In this document: positions 1-10,386 of the stretch, one piece after another
Layout: each line of letters begins with the position of its first letter
How positions within the stretch are numbered: position 1 is the stretch's first letter
Origin: Bacillota bacterium
Lineage (GTDB): Bacteria; Bacillota; Bacilli; Paenibacillales; Paenibacillaceae
DNA length: 63,381 bases
Direction: 5' to 3'
Assembly: GCA_023418755.1 (NCBI GenBank)
Contig: JAEZZE010000314.1
Location: 1 to 63,381, forward strand
Program-made: the position numbers and the translations under genes
Notes under the pieces: generated by a model
The model's database searches: none
Told to the model about the DNA's origin: nothing
What the model saw: only the letters and a program-made list of their open reading frames with translations

Positions 1-1998
1 CTATACAATCAAATTCGGCAAGAAATCACGCACTTGCAGACCTTCGATACGGGCGTCTCCGACGTCGTGTTGATCAGCACGGAGAAATCTTGGCTGATTA
101 ACAACAACGGTCTGTACCGCGTGAAGGACGTTCCCCAAGTCGAAGCTTATCTTGACTTGCTGAACGAGCCTTTCGATTCGTTCTGGACCGTGGAAAGCAG
201 CGGCTTGACGGGGAACTGCGGGGCCACGATCAGGCTGGTCAAGAAGCTGCCCATGAATTCGAACGTAAAGCAAGGGCTTGCGGTGAGCGAGATTCCCGCT
301 TGCCGTCTCATCGAACAGATGTCCTACGATTATCGGAACGAGTCTTTGTTAATCGCCGACCGCAACGGGAATCATTTCATTCATGTCAATCCCGAATTGC
401 TCGGGAAAGCGGATATGGAGAAGGATGTGCTGGGGCAGATCGGCGCGTCGCCCGCCGGAGAAGATCAATACCCCATTAAAGGAGCGGGCGAAAACTTCAG
501 CGTCACCTACAAGAAGTCGGGGTACAACGGGTGGACCTACGTCTCGTTGATATCCATCCATGAATTGACCAAGCAATCCAGGGCTATCGGTTGGTTCACC
601 GCCCTGGTCTGCCTGATTCTGCTCGTTCTGGCTCTGGCGGTCGCGTGGATTTTCTCCAACAGGCTGTACGGCCCGGTCAAAAAGCTGTTCCGCTTCGCAT
701 CCCTCGCGTTTCAAGAAGATAAATCGGCGAAGAACGGATTCGAGTTTATTGCTCAGCAAATCCACCGGATGATGGACATGAATTCCCGGCTGGAACATCG
801 TCTTCAGGAGCAAGTCGAACAGCTGAAGATCCTGTTCATGATGAAGCTGTTCCGCAACGAGCTGGATTCGAAGGGGATTGAATATAAGCTGGAATCTCTC
901 GGCTACTCCCGAAGATGGTCAAGGCTGACGGTGATCGTGGCCCAATTCGATTCTTTGGAGGGCACGAGATTTACCGAACGCGATAACGACCTGCTGCTCT
1001 TCGCTGTCAACAATATCGTCGAGGAGATGATTCCGCCAGCCCGAAGGCTCACGCCGATCGTGCTGGATCATACGCAAGCGACGGTCTTGCTGCACGAGGA
1101 AGAAGACGAATCCTCCGTTCAAGATGAGCTTCAGCGGTTATGCCGTCAAGTGCAGCAGACGATCGACCATTATCTCAGCATTAAGATTAGCATCGGCGTC
1201 AGTTTGCCTTACGAGGAGCCGACGCAAACCCGGGAAGCCTACCAAGAGGGGCTGGAAGCGCTCAAAAACAGGTTTCGCCTGGACGGGCAAACCATCGTGT
1301 TTTATCGGGATTTGCCGCAAGGCCGTTATCCGATTCATACCTTTATCCCGATCAAGGTTCAAAGCGAGCTTAGCGACGCAGTCAAGCTTGCGGAGCGCGA
1401 AGCGGCTAAACAGCTGCTGCATCAATTTTTCGCGGAATTGTCCAAGAAACAGTTGGGGCCGAAAGAATACGAGCTGTGGACGGCGAGATTGCTGTTAGAC
1501 TTCGTCCAGCTTACGCATACGCTCGGGATTCCGTATATTCCGATCAAGGACCATTCCTCCATCTTTCAGCAATTGTTTAAGTGGCAAACGCCTCGCGAAA
1601 TCGAAGGATGGATATGGGAAACGGTGATCGAACCGATTATATCCGCGGTGGAGGAACGCGCCGACTCTCAATACAAGCTCATATCCCGGCAAATGGTGGA
1701 GATCATTCACGAGGAATATGAAAAGGAACTGACCTTGGACGGCATAGCGGCCAAGCTGCACTACAACCCGAACTACATCAGTACCGTCTTTCGCAAAGAA
1801 ACGGGGATTTCCTTTAGCGAATATTTGGCCGCCTTCCGGCATAGCAAGGCGATTGCTTATCTGCTGGAATCCGACTTGTCGGTCAAGGAAATCTCCCATC
1901 GGCTGCGCTATAACAATTCCCAGAACTTCATCCGGTTCTTCCGCAAAATCGAAGGAATAACCCCCGGACAGTACCGTGAAATGCGCATTCACCGATAA
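1..1998 (+). CDS. Membrane-anchored AraC-family transcriptional regulator (5' end outside window)
   Basis: Frame is open from base 1; Cache-like region, one TM helix (AIGWFTALVCLILLVLALAVAWIF), C-terminal AraC HTH (LTLDGIAAKLHYNPNYISTVFRKETG...FRKIEGITPGQYR). Confidence 0.9.
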   Translation, partial: LYNQIRQEITHLQTFDTGVSDVVLISTEKSWLINNNGLYRVKDVPQVEAYLDLLNEPFDSFWTVESSGLTGNCGATIRLVKKLPMNSNVKQGLAVSEIPACRLIEQMSYDYRNESLLIADRNGNHFIHVNPELLGKADMEKDVLGQIGASPAGEDQYPIKGAGENFSVTYKKSGYNGWTYVSLISIHELTKQSRAIGWFTALVCLILLVLALAVAWIFSNRLYGPVKKLFRFASLAFQEDKSAKNGFEFIAQQIHRMMDMNSRLEHRLQEQVEQLKILFMMKLFRNELDSKGIEYKLESLGYSRRWSRLTVIVAQFDSLEGTRFTERDNDLLLFAVNNIVEEMIPPARRLTPIVLDHTQATVLLHEEEDESSVQDELQRLCRQVQQTIDHYLSIKISIGVSLPYEEPTQTREAYQEGLEALKNRFRLDGQTIVFYRDLPQGRYPIHTFIPIKVQSELSDAVKLAEREAAKQLLHQFFAELSKKQLGPKEYELWTARLLLDFVQLTHTLGIPYIPIKDHSSIFQQLFKWQTPREIEGWIWETVIEPIISAVEERADSQYKLISRQMVEIIHEEYEKELTLDGIAAKLHYNPNYISTVFRKETGISFSEYLAAFRHSKAIAYLLESDLSVKEISHRLRYNNSQNFIRFFRKIEGITPGQYREMRIHR

Positions 1999-2050
1999 AA
2001 TCAACTTAACTCGCGGCAAGGAAGAGGGCCTCGGGCTTTGCATCGATCGC

Positions 2051-2428
2051 ACGGCGATCGCCCATGCGCGGGAGAACTAACCGGATTTCGAAGCCGGCAA
2101 CGGCGCGAGACGACCGATCGAGATTTTGGGACATATCTCCGCCGTATTGCGATCGGCGCAATCGCTGTACGATCAGAAGGTTCGGCCTAAGGCGGATTTG
2201 GATACGTGGGAGGCGGAGATTGCGCGATTTTACGAGGAAATCGACAAGCTAGACCGCTGCCTGCTGTCCGGACCGCCGGAACGAGAGCATGCGGTCGAAA
2301 CGCTTATTCAAGGTCCCTTGTCCGATGCCCTGACCCATGTCGGCCAATTGTCGATGCTGCGCAGAATTTCCGGCGATCCGTTGCCGCCCGAGAATTTCGC
2401 CAAAGCGGATATTTACCAATCCCGATAG
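2051..2428 (+). pseudogene. DinB-like protein remnant with in-frame stop
   Basis: Frame reads TAIAHAREN*PDFEAGNGARRPIEILGHI...QGPLSDALTHVGQLSMLRR; TAA at 2078-2080 interrupts; the H...H-x-G-Q-L pattern is DinB/YfiT-like; no clear start codon or RBS. Confidence 0.55.
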
Positions 2429-2544
2429 CGGCCGATTGCGCGGAAATGCAGGGCATGGAGATATCCGGTAAATCCGCTTCCTGCGTAAAGTTCGAGAAAT
2501 TGGTTAAATCTACAATGAGGACATCTCGACAAAGGAGCGATTCT

Positions 2545-3423
<879 letters not shown>

Positions 3424-3435
3424 CAGGAGGAGGAA

Positions 3436-3480
3436 AAAGGAGTTGCCCCCGGCCGATACGGCTCCGGAGCAACTCCTTTT
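3436..3480. terminator. Bidirectional intrinsic terminator
   Basis: Inverted repeat AAAAGGAGTTGC...GCAACTCCTTTT between convergent genes. Confidence 0.75.
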
Positions 3481-3543
3481 AAGTCTACGGACGGCATGCG
3501 GTCGACCGACCGCCGTCATGCAACGAAACGCCGCGCGCTATGA

Positions 3544-4890
3544 TTAAGCGTGCGCTTCCTTCAGCTTCACCGAATTGAAGTCCGTCCGATAATACCGGAT
3601 CATGACCGCCAAGCCCAACGCGACCAGGAACGAGTACAGCGCGAGCCACGCTCCCATGCTCCCCCATTCGAACACCATCACGAACAAGTAGGTGAGCGGG
3701 ACGAACATGAAAATGCTCAGCACGAACGAGGCCCTCATTAGGAACGTCGTATCCCCTATTCCCCTTAGTCCGCCCGCATAGAAATTGTAGAAGCCGTCGA
3801 AAATTTGCAGGTAAGCCGACACTTGAATCAGGTAAGCGGCCAGTTCGTATACGCCCGGATCGGTGCTGTACACCTTCGCGATTGGGACGGCCCAGATCAG
3901 TTCGACCGTACCGAGCAGAATAAGGAAGATCGCTCCGAGGATCGCCGTATGGGTCCCCAACTTCTTCGCTTTGTCCGGCCTTCCTTCCCCAATGCCCTGA
4001 CCGACGAGAATCGTCGCCGTCGAACCGAAGGCGAACGCGGGCATAAAACCGAAGGACATGACGCTAAGCGCGACTTCGTTGGCCGCTGCCGCCATATCCC
4101 CGAGCGTCAGGACGAACATCGTGAAAATGTACATGGACACGCTCATCGAGAATTCCTGCAATCCCAGCTTGCCGCTCTCCTGGGAGATCAGCTTCAGCTC
4201 TTTCCAATCCGGATTTTGCAGCTTCCTCGTCTGATAACGCTTATGCATGGGTCCCCAGAACACGATCAGGCAGATGATCAGCTGAACCGCCTCGCCGATG
4301 ATAAGCGCGTACCCGGCCCCGATAATCCCCATGTCCGGCAAGCCCCAGTGCCCGTAAGTCAGACCGTAGGTCAGACCGACCATCAGAACGTTCGCCGCAA
4401 TGGACACGATCATCGACGTGCGGGTGTCTCCGACACCTCTGAAGAAGCCATGAAACACGAAGCTGATGATGCCGAACGCCATCGCGTAGAAGCGCAGTTC
4501 CAAGTACTCACTCCCGGTGGCGAAAAGCTCGGCCGAACCGCCGGTCAGCTTCAGCACCGCTCCGCTGGCCAGCCAACCGGCGATCGCGATGAATATTGCC
4601 ACGCCAACGCTCACGACCAAGGCCAGGTACATACGCTGCATGCCCTTGCGCATTTCTCCTACGCCGAAATTTTGCGCGACGAGGTAATTGATCGAGTGTC
4701 CGATCCCCGAGAAGATCGCGAACACGTTGTACATAATGATGTTGGATACGCCGACTACGGCAATAACCACAAAGCCGAGATCTCTGACGATAATCAGGTT
4801 GACCGTACCGGTTAACGTCTGCGTGGCAAAAGCGAATAAAGAAGGGAGCGCCAGTACGAGGATGCCGTACCAGCTCTTAAGCAGCTTCAT
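3544..4890 (-). CDS. MATE family efflux transporter
   Basis: About 12 TM helices; repeated RG(V/I)GDT motifs; 448 aa. Confidence 0.92.
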   Translation of the reverse strand: MKLLKSWYGILVLALPSLFAFATQTLTGTVNLIIVRDLGFVVIAVVGVSNIIMYNVFAIFSGIGHSINYLVAQNFGVGEMRKGMQRMYLALVVSVGVAIFIAIAGWLASGAVLKLTGGSAELFATGSEYLELRFYAMAFGIISFVFHGFFRGVGDTRTSMIVSIAANVLMVGLTYGLTYGHWGLPDMGIIGAGYALIIGEAVQLIICLIVFWGPMHKRYQTRKLQNPDWKELKLISQESGKLGLQEFSMSVSMYIFTMFVLTLGDMAAAANEVALSVMSFGFMPAFAFGSTATILVGQGIGEGRPDKAKKLGTHTAILGAIFLILLGTVELIWAVPIAKVYSTDPGVYELAAYLIQVSAYLQIFDGFYNFYAGGLRGIGDTTFLMRASFVLSIFMFVPLTYLFVMVFEWGSMGAWLALYSFLVALGLAVMIRYYRTDFNSVKLKEAHA

Positions 4891-4987
4891 GAGGTCTATA
4901 CCTTCCCCGAATAAAAAGATGGATTCAATCTCCCCATTTTGCCGGAGAACCCGATTCTAGTCAATAGCGAAATTTGGGATTTATCGG

Positions 4988-5758
4988 TTAAATTTTGATA
5001 GCTACGATGCGTATTCTCCGATAATCCGCCGTCCACTCGGCGCCATCGTACAACTCTTCCTTTAACCTCTCCGCCGTGCCGAGGATCCATTGCTCAGCCT
5101 CGGCAGGCTCGCTATTCGGGAACATCGCCGTTCCGAACATCTCTAGCCATTCCCTCATTCCCGCTTCCCCGTTCTCGAGCTTGGTCGGCCGGTCTATCAG
5201 AACCGCCGTCCGCACTTCCATTCCGTGCTTCTCCAGCAATGATGCATACTCTCCTATCGTCGGAAAATACCAAGGATCCACGAACCGGTCTTCCGCCCCT
5301 GCCTCTTTCAGCGTTCGCCGTGTCGCCGACTGGATCGTCCGGACGTTTCCCTTTCCTCCGAATTCCGCAATGAGTCGTCCTCCCGGCTTTAACCCGGACA
5401 AAAAGCTGCGAACGGCCGCTTCGGGTTCCTTCATCCAATGCAGCGCCGCGTTGCTGAAGACGGCATCGTATTGGAAATCCGCGCGCCAATCCATTCCGTC
5501 CACGCAGCGGAATTCAAGATGAGGAAATTTCGTCTGGGCCCTTTCGACCATTTCCGGGGAAATATCAAGCCCGTATACGTTGGCCCCCCTTCGTGCAATA
5601 GCAGCCGCCAAATCTCCCGTTCCGCATCCGAAATCGATGATCGTCTCCCCTTCCGCCGGATTCAACCATTCGATTAAGTCTCGCCCGTATCGGGACACGA
5701 AGCTCATCGCCTCATCGTACCCTTCCGCCTGCCAATGGATCTTTTGCCGAGCATCCAT
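4988..5758 (-). CDS. Class I SAM-dependent methyltransferase (Tam-like)
   Basis: DFGCGTG motif I; YDAVFSNAALHW; LKPGG. Confidence 0.92.
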   Translation of the reverse strand: MDARQKIHWQAEGYDEAMSFVSRYGRDLIEWLNPAEGETIIDFGCGTGDLAAAIARRGANVYGLDISPEMVERAQTKFPHLEFRCVDGMDWRADFQYDAVFSNAALHWMKEPEAAVRSFLSGLKPGGRLIAEFGGKGNVRTIQSATRRTLKEAGAEDRFVDPWYFPTIGEYASLLEKHGMEVRTAVLIDRPTKLENGEAGMREWLEMFGTAMFPNSEPAEAEQWILGTAERLKEELYDGAEWTADYRRIRIVAIKI

Positions 5759-5816
5759 ATTGCTTCACTCCTCGCCTTTGTCGTTAACACCAGTTATAGC
5801 ACTTCTTTGTTGATTG

Positions 5817-5844
5817 TTGAAATATATAATGTTTATATATTCAA
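5817..5844. promoter_or_regulatory. AT-rich palindromic operator upstream of methyltransferase/MATE genes
   Basis: TTGAAATATATAA-TGT-TTATATATTCAA imperfect inverted repeat; regulator unknown. Confidence 0.4.
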
Positions 5845-6001
5845 TTGGTTTTTCCTATAAAAGTGAGAATCCGAATCACGGGATCTTAAATCGACTGCAC
5901 CTTCTTCGCTTAACTTCCCGCTCCCGTCGCCTGATCCGCAAATACGAAGAAAACCAAACCTCGGCGGTTTGGCTTCTGTTTCCTTGCGGCTATTATGCAG
6001 T

Positions 6002-6394
6002 TCACTTCTTCCAGAACAACGACGGCTTTAGGATAGACTTTGTCTGATAACCAGTACCCTCTTCTTTAGCCAGATGCTGCACCTTGCTCACATTCGCTTC
6101 CGATACGGTAGCAAACTTGCTGTCACTATTCCAAGGATGCTCAAAGTAAACTTTTCGAGCCTTTGGATCAAAAGCCTTTACAAGATTTAAATTCACGATA
6201 TTCGTTCTGTCCACGCGTTCGAAGCCGCTATCCTTCAATACGATCATTAATTCTTCAAGCGTGGTGGGATAATAATACATAGCGTCCTTAGTCTGAAATA
6301 CAGGACCATCCGGCGTGGGGCGAACCAAAACGACATCCTCCGGATTGACTTTTACAGGATTCCCCTCAGAGTCTAAAAGAGCTATGTATGACAT
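6002..6394 (-). CDS. Stand-alone LytTR DNA-binding domain protein (no receiver domain)
   Basis: TTLEEL...GFERVDRTNIVNLNLVKAFD matches the LytTR core (F-x-R-x-H/D-R-S/T-x-I-V-N); 130 aa; GGAGG RBS. Confidence 0.85.
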   Translation of the reverse strand: MSYIALLDSEGNPVKVNPEDVVLVRPTPDGPVFQTKDAMYYYPTTLEELMIVLKDSGFERVDRTNIVNLNLVKAFDPKARKVYFEHPWNSDSKFATVSEANVSKVQHLAKEEGTGYQTKSILKPSLFWKK

Positions 6395-6422
6395 TTCTAC
6401 CCCTCCATTCGAATAAAGCCTA

Positions 6423-6542
6423 CTACTTCAACTCTTCCGGCACGCTGGGTCTATGCAGGATCCATACGCAAGCCGTGCTCACGAACAGTACGGCCATTAA
6501 CCCCAACCCCTTAGATACGGTTAGAATCATTTTCTTCTTCAT
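6423..6542 (-). CDS. agrD: AgrD-like cyclic lactone autoinducer precursor (39 aa, MKKKMILTVSKGLGLMAVLFVSTACVWILHRPSVPEELK)
   Basis: Amphipathic leader, Cys-x4 ring (CVWIL), HxPxxPxxL tail typical of AgrD; directly after agrB with a GGAGG RBS. Confidence 0.9.
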   Translation of the reverse strand: MKKKMILTVSKGLGLMAVLFVSTACVWILHRPSVPEELK

Positions 6543-6543
6543 G

Positions 6544-7077
6544 CTACTCCCCTCCTCCTTGTTTAGGTACAAGCAATATAGCGTGAAACATTGAAACCGT
6601 GACAAGAGACGAGTCTAACCAGTAAAAATTACTAGCCACGACTCCCAATGAAACTATCTTCATATAAATATAGTATTTCTCCGGAATTCTCGCATATCCT
6701 TTAATATTTCTCGGAGCGTATATCAAAATGAATAACAAATTGACGGAAATCAAATAAGGAAGCCAATCTACGGGAAGCTGGATAAGGGGCGCGGCACAAA
6801 TCAAAAGAACCGACAATAGCGTACAAAGCTTCGAAGAATGTAAATGATAGCCCCCCGCGAAAAAACGAAGAATCATAAAATAAAACAAAGTGTAGGCCGT
6901 TGCCACAAAACTGTCCAAAAAAAGAGAAGCTATGATTATGAATAATATGGTAACACTCTCATGTATTATAATATACAAAGAATAAGCCATTACTGCAATA
7001 CTTGGCGTATTTTCGGGTTCTTGTTTCTTTAAGTAGCCGGCTATTCCGTTCGCTAGCTTATTTATCAACTTGACCAT
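6544..7077 (-). CDS. agrB: Accessory gene regulator B family peptidase/cyclase
   Basis: LRFFAGGYHLHSSKLC carries the AgrB R-x3-GG-x-H...C catalytic signature; YAP motif; multi-TM. Confidence 0.92.
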   Translation of the reverse strand: MVKLINKLANGIAGYLKKQEPENTPSIAVMAYSLYIIIHESVTILFIIIASLFLDSFVATAYTLFYFMILRFFAGGYHLHSSKLCTLLSVLLICAAPLIQLPVDWLPYLISVNLLFILIYAPRNIKGYARIPEKYYIYMKIVSLGVVASNFYWLDSSLVTVSMFHAILLVPKQGGGE

Positions 7078-7720
7078 CCTTTCTAATGGAAAAGTAGATT
7101 AAAATAACCAAAATGACCAAGATCGTGATCGTTACTATGTAAACATAGTAAGGCAAATATACAGAGGACAAATAAAATACATTAACCAGGACGATGACAA
7201 TAATGGCGAGCAGCAAAAAAAGGTAGAACAATTTGTTCCCTTTTAACGACTGTTTAAAGAATCGGCTGTTGGATTCGATATAACTGAACCCGCCGTTGCT
7301 CATATGTATAAACAAAGAGATAATGCAAAGCATCAATGCCGTAGCAAGTTGCAAGAGGAATCCATTATCCGTGTATGGGCGCACTTCCGAAAACACGTTA
7401 AACCGGATGCAAATGTTCACAAGCAACCATTGAACCAATGAAAAAACGACAAACGAGATCACGACCATAATCGTAGAATGCAATAGTCTTACGCGCAAAA
7501 TGATTGTCGTCAAAAATAGGAATAAAAATACATTTATTAGCGCGGATACCGATTGCAAAGACTCTACCTGCAATGTATTGGAAACAAAAGCAAGAATAAA
7601 TGAAACGATTGCAAATCGGAAGATATTTTCTTTGATGCTGAATCTGAATAGCGTCATCGTAAAGACAAAGAATGACATGAATTCAATCGTCGATGCTAAA
7701 ATAAACTTCGCGAATAGCAT
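7058..7720 (-). CDS. ~7-TM membrane protein resembling an AgrC-type sensor domain without kinase domains
   Basis: GGAGG RBS before ATG 7720; seven hydrophobic segments, ends 8 residues after the last TM; overlaps the agrB start. AgrC resemblance is inferred from topology and context. Confidence 0.7.
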   Translation of the reverse strand: MLFAKFILASTIEFMSFFVFTMTLFRFSIKENIFRFAIVSFILAFVSNTLQVESLQSVSALINVFLFLFLTTIILRVRLLHSTIMVVISFVVFSLVQWLLVNICIRFNVFSEVRPYTDNGFLLQLATALMLCIISLFIHMSNGGFSYIESNSRFFKQSLKGNKLFYLFLLLAIIVIVLVNVFYLSSVYLPYYVYIVTITILVILVILIYFSIRKDGQVDK

Positions 7721-7997
7721 GAATTGCCTCCAGTAAATCAAGTAATTATGGCCTAGTCATATTCTATCAAATTATTAAGCATATTTACTTGTTTTTTGAT
7801 TAGTTCTCATCCAAAAAGCATAATAATTGACTCTTTTATTTTCAATTAAATTCCATATCATAGATTAATAGATTGAATTGAGATTGTTTTCATAGTCTTT
7901 CGATCCCAAGGAAGATTCAAATTGCTCCCCTTTGCCCAGAAATAATGGTATAAAAGATGTGTATACCAAACATTTCCTGACAAAGGGGCCCAGTATC

Positions 7998-8705
7998 GTG
8001 CAGGAGTTTATTCATTTTATTAAATTGGACCTCTTAGTCGCCCAGCCTTAGACGTTCATTTGTTTATCGTTTTGTTTCTCGTTTTTAGAACCGCGGCCTC
8101 GGCACCTGATCAAACGTTGGATCCTGCTTACCTGCATCCTTCCGTCTATACGGATATTCTGATTCTTATGCTGCCTCTTCCTCTCCATTTACTGAATTCC
8201 GTCGTGTTCGGAATCCTTCTTATGTTTCTTATTTTCAAGGAACTGTCTCCAAAAACGAAATTATTATTGGTCTTCTTTCTTTTTCCGCCAGACGTTTCTT
8301 TTCTTTTATCGCGGAGGACAATCGGAAATCATTGATGCAAGTCATCCTTCTTATTTCCGTTCAGTTCTGCCTGCTTGGAGCTATGCAAATTATACAAATC
8401 ACTTACGATAACGGCAATGAAATTCTTAACGCCGGACTGATCTACCTCATCATTCTAGTGAGCCTCCTGGCTCTCGTCTCCATCATCCGGCTGCTCGTCC
8501 GCACGCGAGAGCAGGCGGCGAAGACGACGCAAGAGGTTTACATAGAAGATATCATGATATGTTCACGTCGATTCGGGGTCAGAGGCACGATTTTCTTAAT
8601 CATGTCCAAGTGATCCACACGATGGTGCAAATGGGTAAAACGGATCAGTTGAAGGCTTACCGTATTCAAAGTATGCCTTCCGGAAGCGAACGCATGACCC
8701 GTTAG
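7998..8705 (+). pseudogene. Decayed membrane sensor histidine kinase (Spo0B-like DHp)
   Basis: GTG 7998; TAG at 8049-8051; frame breaks near 8140, 8290-8335 and 8553; shifted frame gives MFTSIRGQRHDFLNHVQVIHTMVQMGK (His at 8586-8588); stops at 8705 with no ATPase domain. Confidence 0.8.
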
Positions 8706-8850
8706 CGACTCCCCGCGTATCCCCTCGATTGCCACCATCCAATATTTTGACATTTACGAGAATCCTCCCGGCCGGGAAAATAGGTAGAAAACATCGCGTT
8801 TCTATCCGGTTCGCGCCAATGTGGCCCGACCGAACGGGAGGATCTCTCTA

Positions 8851-10386
8851 GTGAATCGATACCGAACTCTAATCCGCACTTCCTTGCTCGTCCTCGTCTT
8901 GGCCCTCCTGCTCCTTCCGATGCCGCCGGGAAACGCCGACAGCGAGATCAAAGTTACATACAACGGCACAAACATCGAGTCTCAAACGAGTCCTTTCACC
9001 CGGAACGGCGCTGCGTACGTTCAGGCGCGCCCGTTGTTGAACGCCGTCGGATGGCAGGTCCAATGGCTGGACAAGACCAAATTCAAGCTGTTTAGGTCGG
9101 GCGCGGCCATCGACATGGAGGTCGGAAAGACGGATGCGGCTCTCAACGGGAACACAGCGTCGCTCGTCCACGCGCCGATTCTCTCGAATTCGACGCTTTT
9201 TCTCCCCATACGTTCCGTTTCTACTCTATTAGGCCTGCAAGTAAACTGGTCCGCTGCCGCGAACACGGTCGCCTTGACCGCCACGGGTACGAAACCGGCG
9301 CCTTCTCCTTATCGGATCGTCGCCTATTATCCGTATTGGGCCTCCTACCAGAAGCTCGGCCTGTCGAGCTTCGCCGCATCCGGAATTACCTTTATCAATC
9401 ATGCGTTCGCCAACATCCGGGAAGGAGAAGTCGTTATGGGCGATGTCGCTACGGATCGCGCCAATTTCGCCGAACTGAAGCAACTCAAGAGGAGCGATCC
9501 GGAGCTGAAGGCTCTGATCAGCGTCGGCGGCTGGAACTGGTCCGCCCCCTTCTCCGACGTCGCCCTGACCGCCGCATCGAGAACCAAGTTCGCGATAAGC
9601 GCGGTGCGATTCGTTCGGGAGCACGGATTCGACGGAGTCGACCTCGATTGGGAATATCCGGTGTCCGGAGGCTTGTCCTCGAATCGAACGAGGCCGGACG
9701 ATAAGCAAAACTTTACTTTGCTGCTGAGGGAACTTCGGGAGAAGCTGGACGAAGCGCAGAAAAAAGACGGCTCCAAGTATCTCCTCCCGATTGCCGCGGG
9801 AGCTTCTTCGAGCTATGTCGCCAACACCGAAATGGACAAGGCGGCGTCCATCGTCGATTGGATCAACTTGATGACGTACGATTATCACGGAAGCTGGGAG
9901 AAAACAAGCAATCATCATGCCGCCTTGTACTCCGATCCGAATCGGCCGAACTCCTTCGGCGCCAGCGCGAACGATACGGTCAGCGCCTTCCTGAAAGCAG
10001 GGGTCCCCCCTGGCAAGCTTGTTCTCGGCGTACCGTTCTACGGGCGCGGCTGGACCGGCTGCGGAGCGGCCGGAAACGGACTGGCGCAAGCCTGCAAAGG
10101 GCTTTCGGAAGGAGCGACCTCCGCGGGACTTCACGAGTTCGGGAATTTGGAGAAGCAACGCTGGATCGGCGGAAACGGCTTCGTGCGCTACTGGGACGAT
10201 GTCGCCAAAGTTCCCTGGCTGTACAACAAGATGACCGGGACCTTCATCACCTACGAAGATCCCGAATCGATCTCTTATAAAGCCGACTACGTCAAAGCCA
10301 AAGGGCTTGGAGGCGCCGTCGTCTGGGAAGTCAGTCAAGATTTCAACGGCACGTTGTTGAAAAAGCTGACCCAGGCACTGAAGTAG
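8851..10386 (+). CDS. Secreted GH18 chitinase with N-terminal copper amine oxidase-like (stalk) domain
   Basis: Signal peptide; LFLPIR..L.V.W stalk motif; ISVGGW and [10 protein letters not shown] catalytic motif; MTYDYHG. Confidence 0.92.
   Translation: MNRYRTLIRTSLLVLVLALLLLPMPPGNADSEIKVTYNGTNIESQTSPFTRNGAAYVQARPLLNAVGWQVQWLDKTKFKLFRSGAAIDMEVGKTDAALNGNTASLVHAPILSNSTLFLPIRSVSTLLGLQVNWSAAANTVALTATGTKPAPSPYRIVAYYPYWASYQKLGLSSFAASGITFINHAFANIREGEVVMGDVATDRANFAELKQLKRSDPELKALISVGGWNWSAPFSDVALTAASRTKFAISAVRFVREHGFDGVDLDWEYPVSGGLSSNRTRPDDKQNFTLLLRELREKLDEAQKKDGSKYLLPIAAGASSSYVANTEMDKAASIVDWINLMTYDYHGSWEKTSNHHAALYSDPNRPNSFGASANDTVSAFLKAGVPPGKLVLGVPFYGRGWTGCGAAGNGLAQACKGLSEGATSAGLHEFGNLEKQRWIGGNGFVRYWDDVAKVPWLYNKMTGTFITYEDPESISYKADYVKAKGLGGAVVWEVSQDFNGTLLKKLTQALK

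Noticed and set aside
2206..2544. N-terminal extension of the SDR ORF
   Set aside because: A good RBS and family-typical start lie at 2545; the extension overlaps the DinB-like remnant.
6543..6605. 60-aa version of AgrD
   Set aside because: The extension lies inside agrB; the RBS supports ATG 6542.
7741..7990. LytTR direct-repeat binding site in the agr/kinase intergenic region
   Set aside because: No convincing 9-10-bp repeat at 21-22-bp period can be picked from this AT-rich stretch by eye; needs comparative motif finding.
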